This document shows positions 55,642 through 57,031 of a stretch of DNA of 57,031 nt, one piece after another. The DNA is from Histomonas meleagridis 2922-C6/04-290x (Eukaryota; Protista; Parabasalia): contig JAANOX010000122.1 of the NCBI GenBank assembly GCA_020184695.1, positions 1 to 57,031 on the forward strand, written 5' to 3'. The notes below the pieces were generated by a model. The model did no database searches. It saw only the letters and a list, made by a program, of their open reading frames with translations, and was not told the DNA's origin. Position 1 is the stretch's first letter. Each line of letters begins with the position of its first letter. Both the position numbers and the translations under genes were made by a program.

Positions 55642-56984
55642 CCCTAGTGTCTCTCCAATTGGAGGTATGTGAAGACGTTTATTTTTCACAAAATATTAAT
55701 AAACGGTTATTGACAAATTTTATGCTTGGTCGAGTCTTCAGCGGAAAGCCACACAACAATTATTCAAATTACGGGAAAAGAGGGAAAATTGAGAATGTGA
55801 TTCAGATTATTTCACGGGGATCTCACTCAATATATTAGATTTCCAAAATGAACGGTATTTCAGAATCAACAATTAGAAATCGGAAAAGGAAATTAGTGAT
55901 TGAACCAGATTGGAGGCCGTGGAAAACTCATCATGGGAGGACTCATATAGTATTTACAGATTTAGAAGAAGAATCTATCAAAGATTATATTGTTCAAAAC
56001 TTTCTTAAACCAGGTTATGTCTTTACAAATGAAGACTTCATTGACATTGCCATGAATGCATATTTGTCTAAATTTCCCAACGATATCGAAAATGATGAGG
56101 CCAAACAATTTATGATTTCTCATCAGTTCATAGCCGACTTTAAAAAGAGAAACCATTTATCATCTAGGTCTCTCCATGCCAAAAAGAAGGCCAACAGCGA
56201 CAGAAGATGATATGAATCAGTTCATTAATGAAATCAAAAATCTTATGGATTCAACAGATCATAGCCATATTGTCAATCGCGATGAAACGACATGGAAGAT
56301 ATTTCCCAAACGGCATGGTGACATGGGCTGAAAAGGGAAGCGATTCCATTAGTATTAATCTTGAAGCATCACCTAAAACATCCATGACAGTACTTGCAAG
56401 CATTAGAGCTGATGGTTCCAAAATCCCTCTTTTTTCATTGCAAAAGGGAAAACAAATCGCTGCAAAGAATCTCAGATTGGTGACGTTTCATATCACATGT
56501 CAACGTATTCAGAAAACGGTTGGACGACTGAAGAAACATTTAGTCAATAACTACGATTTTTGAGAACCCACTTTAATGATGAAGAAGAGATCCACTTACT
56601 CTTGGACTCTTACAATATGCATAGGTGTCAGCAAATTCAAATTTTAGCAGCAAGATTAAAGATCACATTGCATTTTATTCCACCTGGCTTGACAGACAAG
56701 CTTCAGCCTTTAGATAGAAGAGTCTTTGGTTGCTTGAAAGCAACAGCTAAACACTTGTTGCGAAAAGGTAATAACAATAATCCAAATCAAAAATTTACAA
56801 AAAAGATTGCATCACAATATTTAGTTTGGGCATGGGAGCATCTCCAGAGTCACATCATTATGGATTCATAATCGATTTTTGATTAAAAACAACCTAATCG
56901 ATTTTTTGACAAGATGTTGTTTCGAAAATGTGATGATGTTTGTCTTAACGGTCACCAATACCTCCAATTGGTGAGACCTCAGGG
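55642..56984 (+). mobile_element. pogo/DDE_1 DNA transposon, full length
   Basis: 27-bp TIRs ccctagtgtctctccaattggaggtat / ccctgaggtctcaccaattggaggtat (4 mismatches); TA at both ends (55640-41, 56985-86). Confidence 0.85.
55848..56871 (+). pseudogene. pogo-like transposase (frameshifted)
   Basis: FKKRNHLSSR, IVNRDET, SENGWTT, LLLDSYNMH, FIPPGLTDKLQPLDRRVFG. Confidence 0.85.
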
Positions 56985-57031
56985 TATTTTTTCAAAGAAA
57001 ACAAAGGATTCTATGGTAGAGAAGAGACAGA

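Noticed and set aside
1-57031. Alternative genetic code (TAA/TAG = Glu or Gln, TGA = Trp) suggested by many in-frame stops that read plausibly as E or W
   Set aside because: The host genes (2312, about 893, 561 and 348 codons) contain no internal stops and end at TAA right after conserved C-termini. Viral genes also end in TAA and use TGG. The same positions are sense codons in sister copies.
1-57031. CRISPR array or bacterial defence locus
   Set aside because: No regularly spaced repeat-spacer array; the only short tandem unit (18 bp) lies inside pogo TIRs, and the gene content is eukaryotic.

Overview
AT-rich eukaryotic DNA, most consistent with a parabasalid (Trichomonas/Histomonas/Tritrichomonas-like) genome. 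This is inferred from intronless genes, TCA(C/T)(A/T) initiator-like motifs, IS481-type and pogo-type transposases and a TRRAP-like PIKK; the species cannot be determined from the sequence. Host genes: a 2312-aa PIKK pseudokinase, a RAD23-like UBL-UBA gene head-to-head with an importin-beta-like gene, a GH47 alpha-1,2-mannosidase, tRNA-Gly(GCC) and an actin-like pseudogene. The rest is a mosaic of mobile DNA. The dominant component is at least five partial copies of one endogenous capsid-encoding DNA-virus-like element (Polinton-like/Maverick-like). It carries a putative double jelly-roll capsid, an A32-type packaging ATPase, an rve integrase, a fibre-like gene, 2-3 tandem small genes sharing an adenovirus pVI-like amphipathic N-terminus, several conserved unknown ORFs and a GC-rich multi-hairpin cassette. 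No protein-primed DNA polymerase or adenain protease is recognisable. Also present: Helitron RepHel fragments, an endogenous CRESS-DNA Rep next to the tRNA, two IS481-like elements (one inserted into a capsid gene with a 16-bp target duplication), several pogo/DDE_1 elements and a Tc1-like fragment. Protein-family calls come from motif recognition only; no database searches were run. Many frameshifts fall in homopolymers and may be assembly errors. ORF X, Y, Z, W and 'MEALY' are my own labels.
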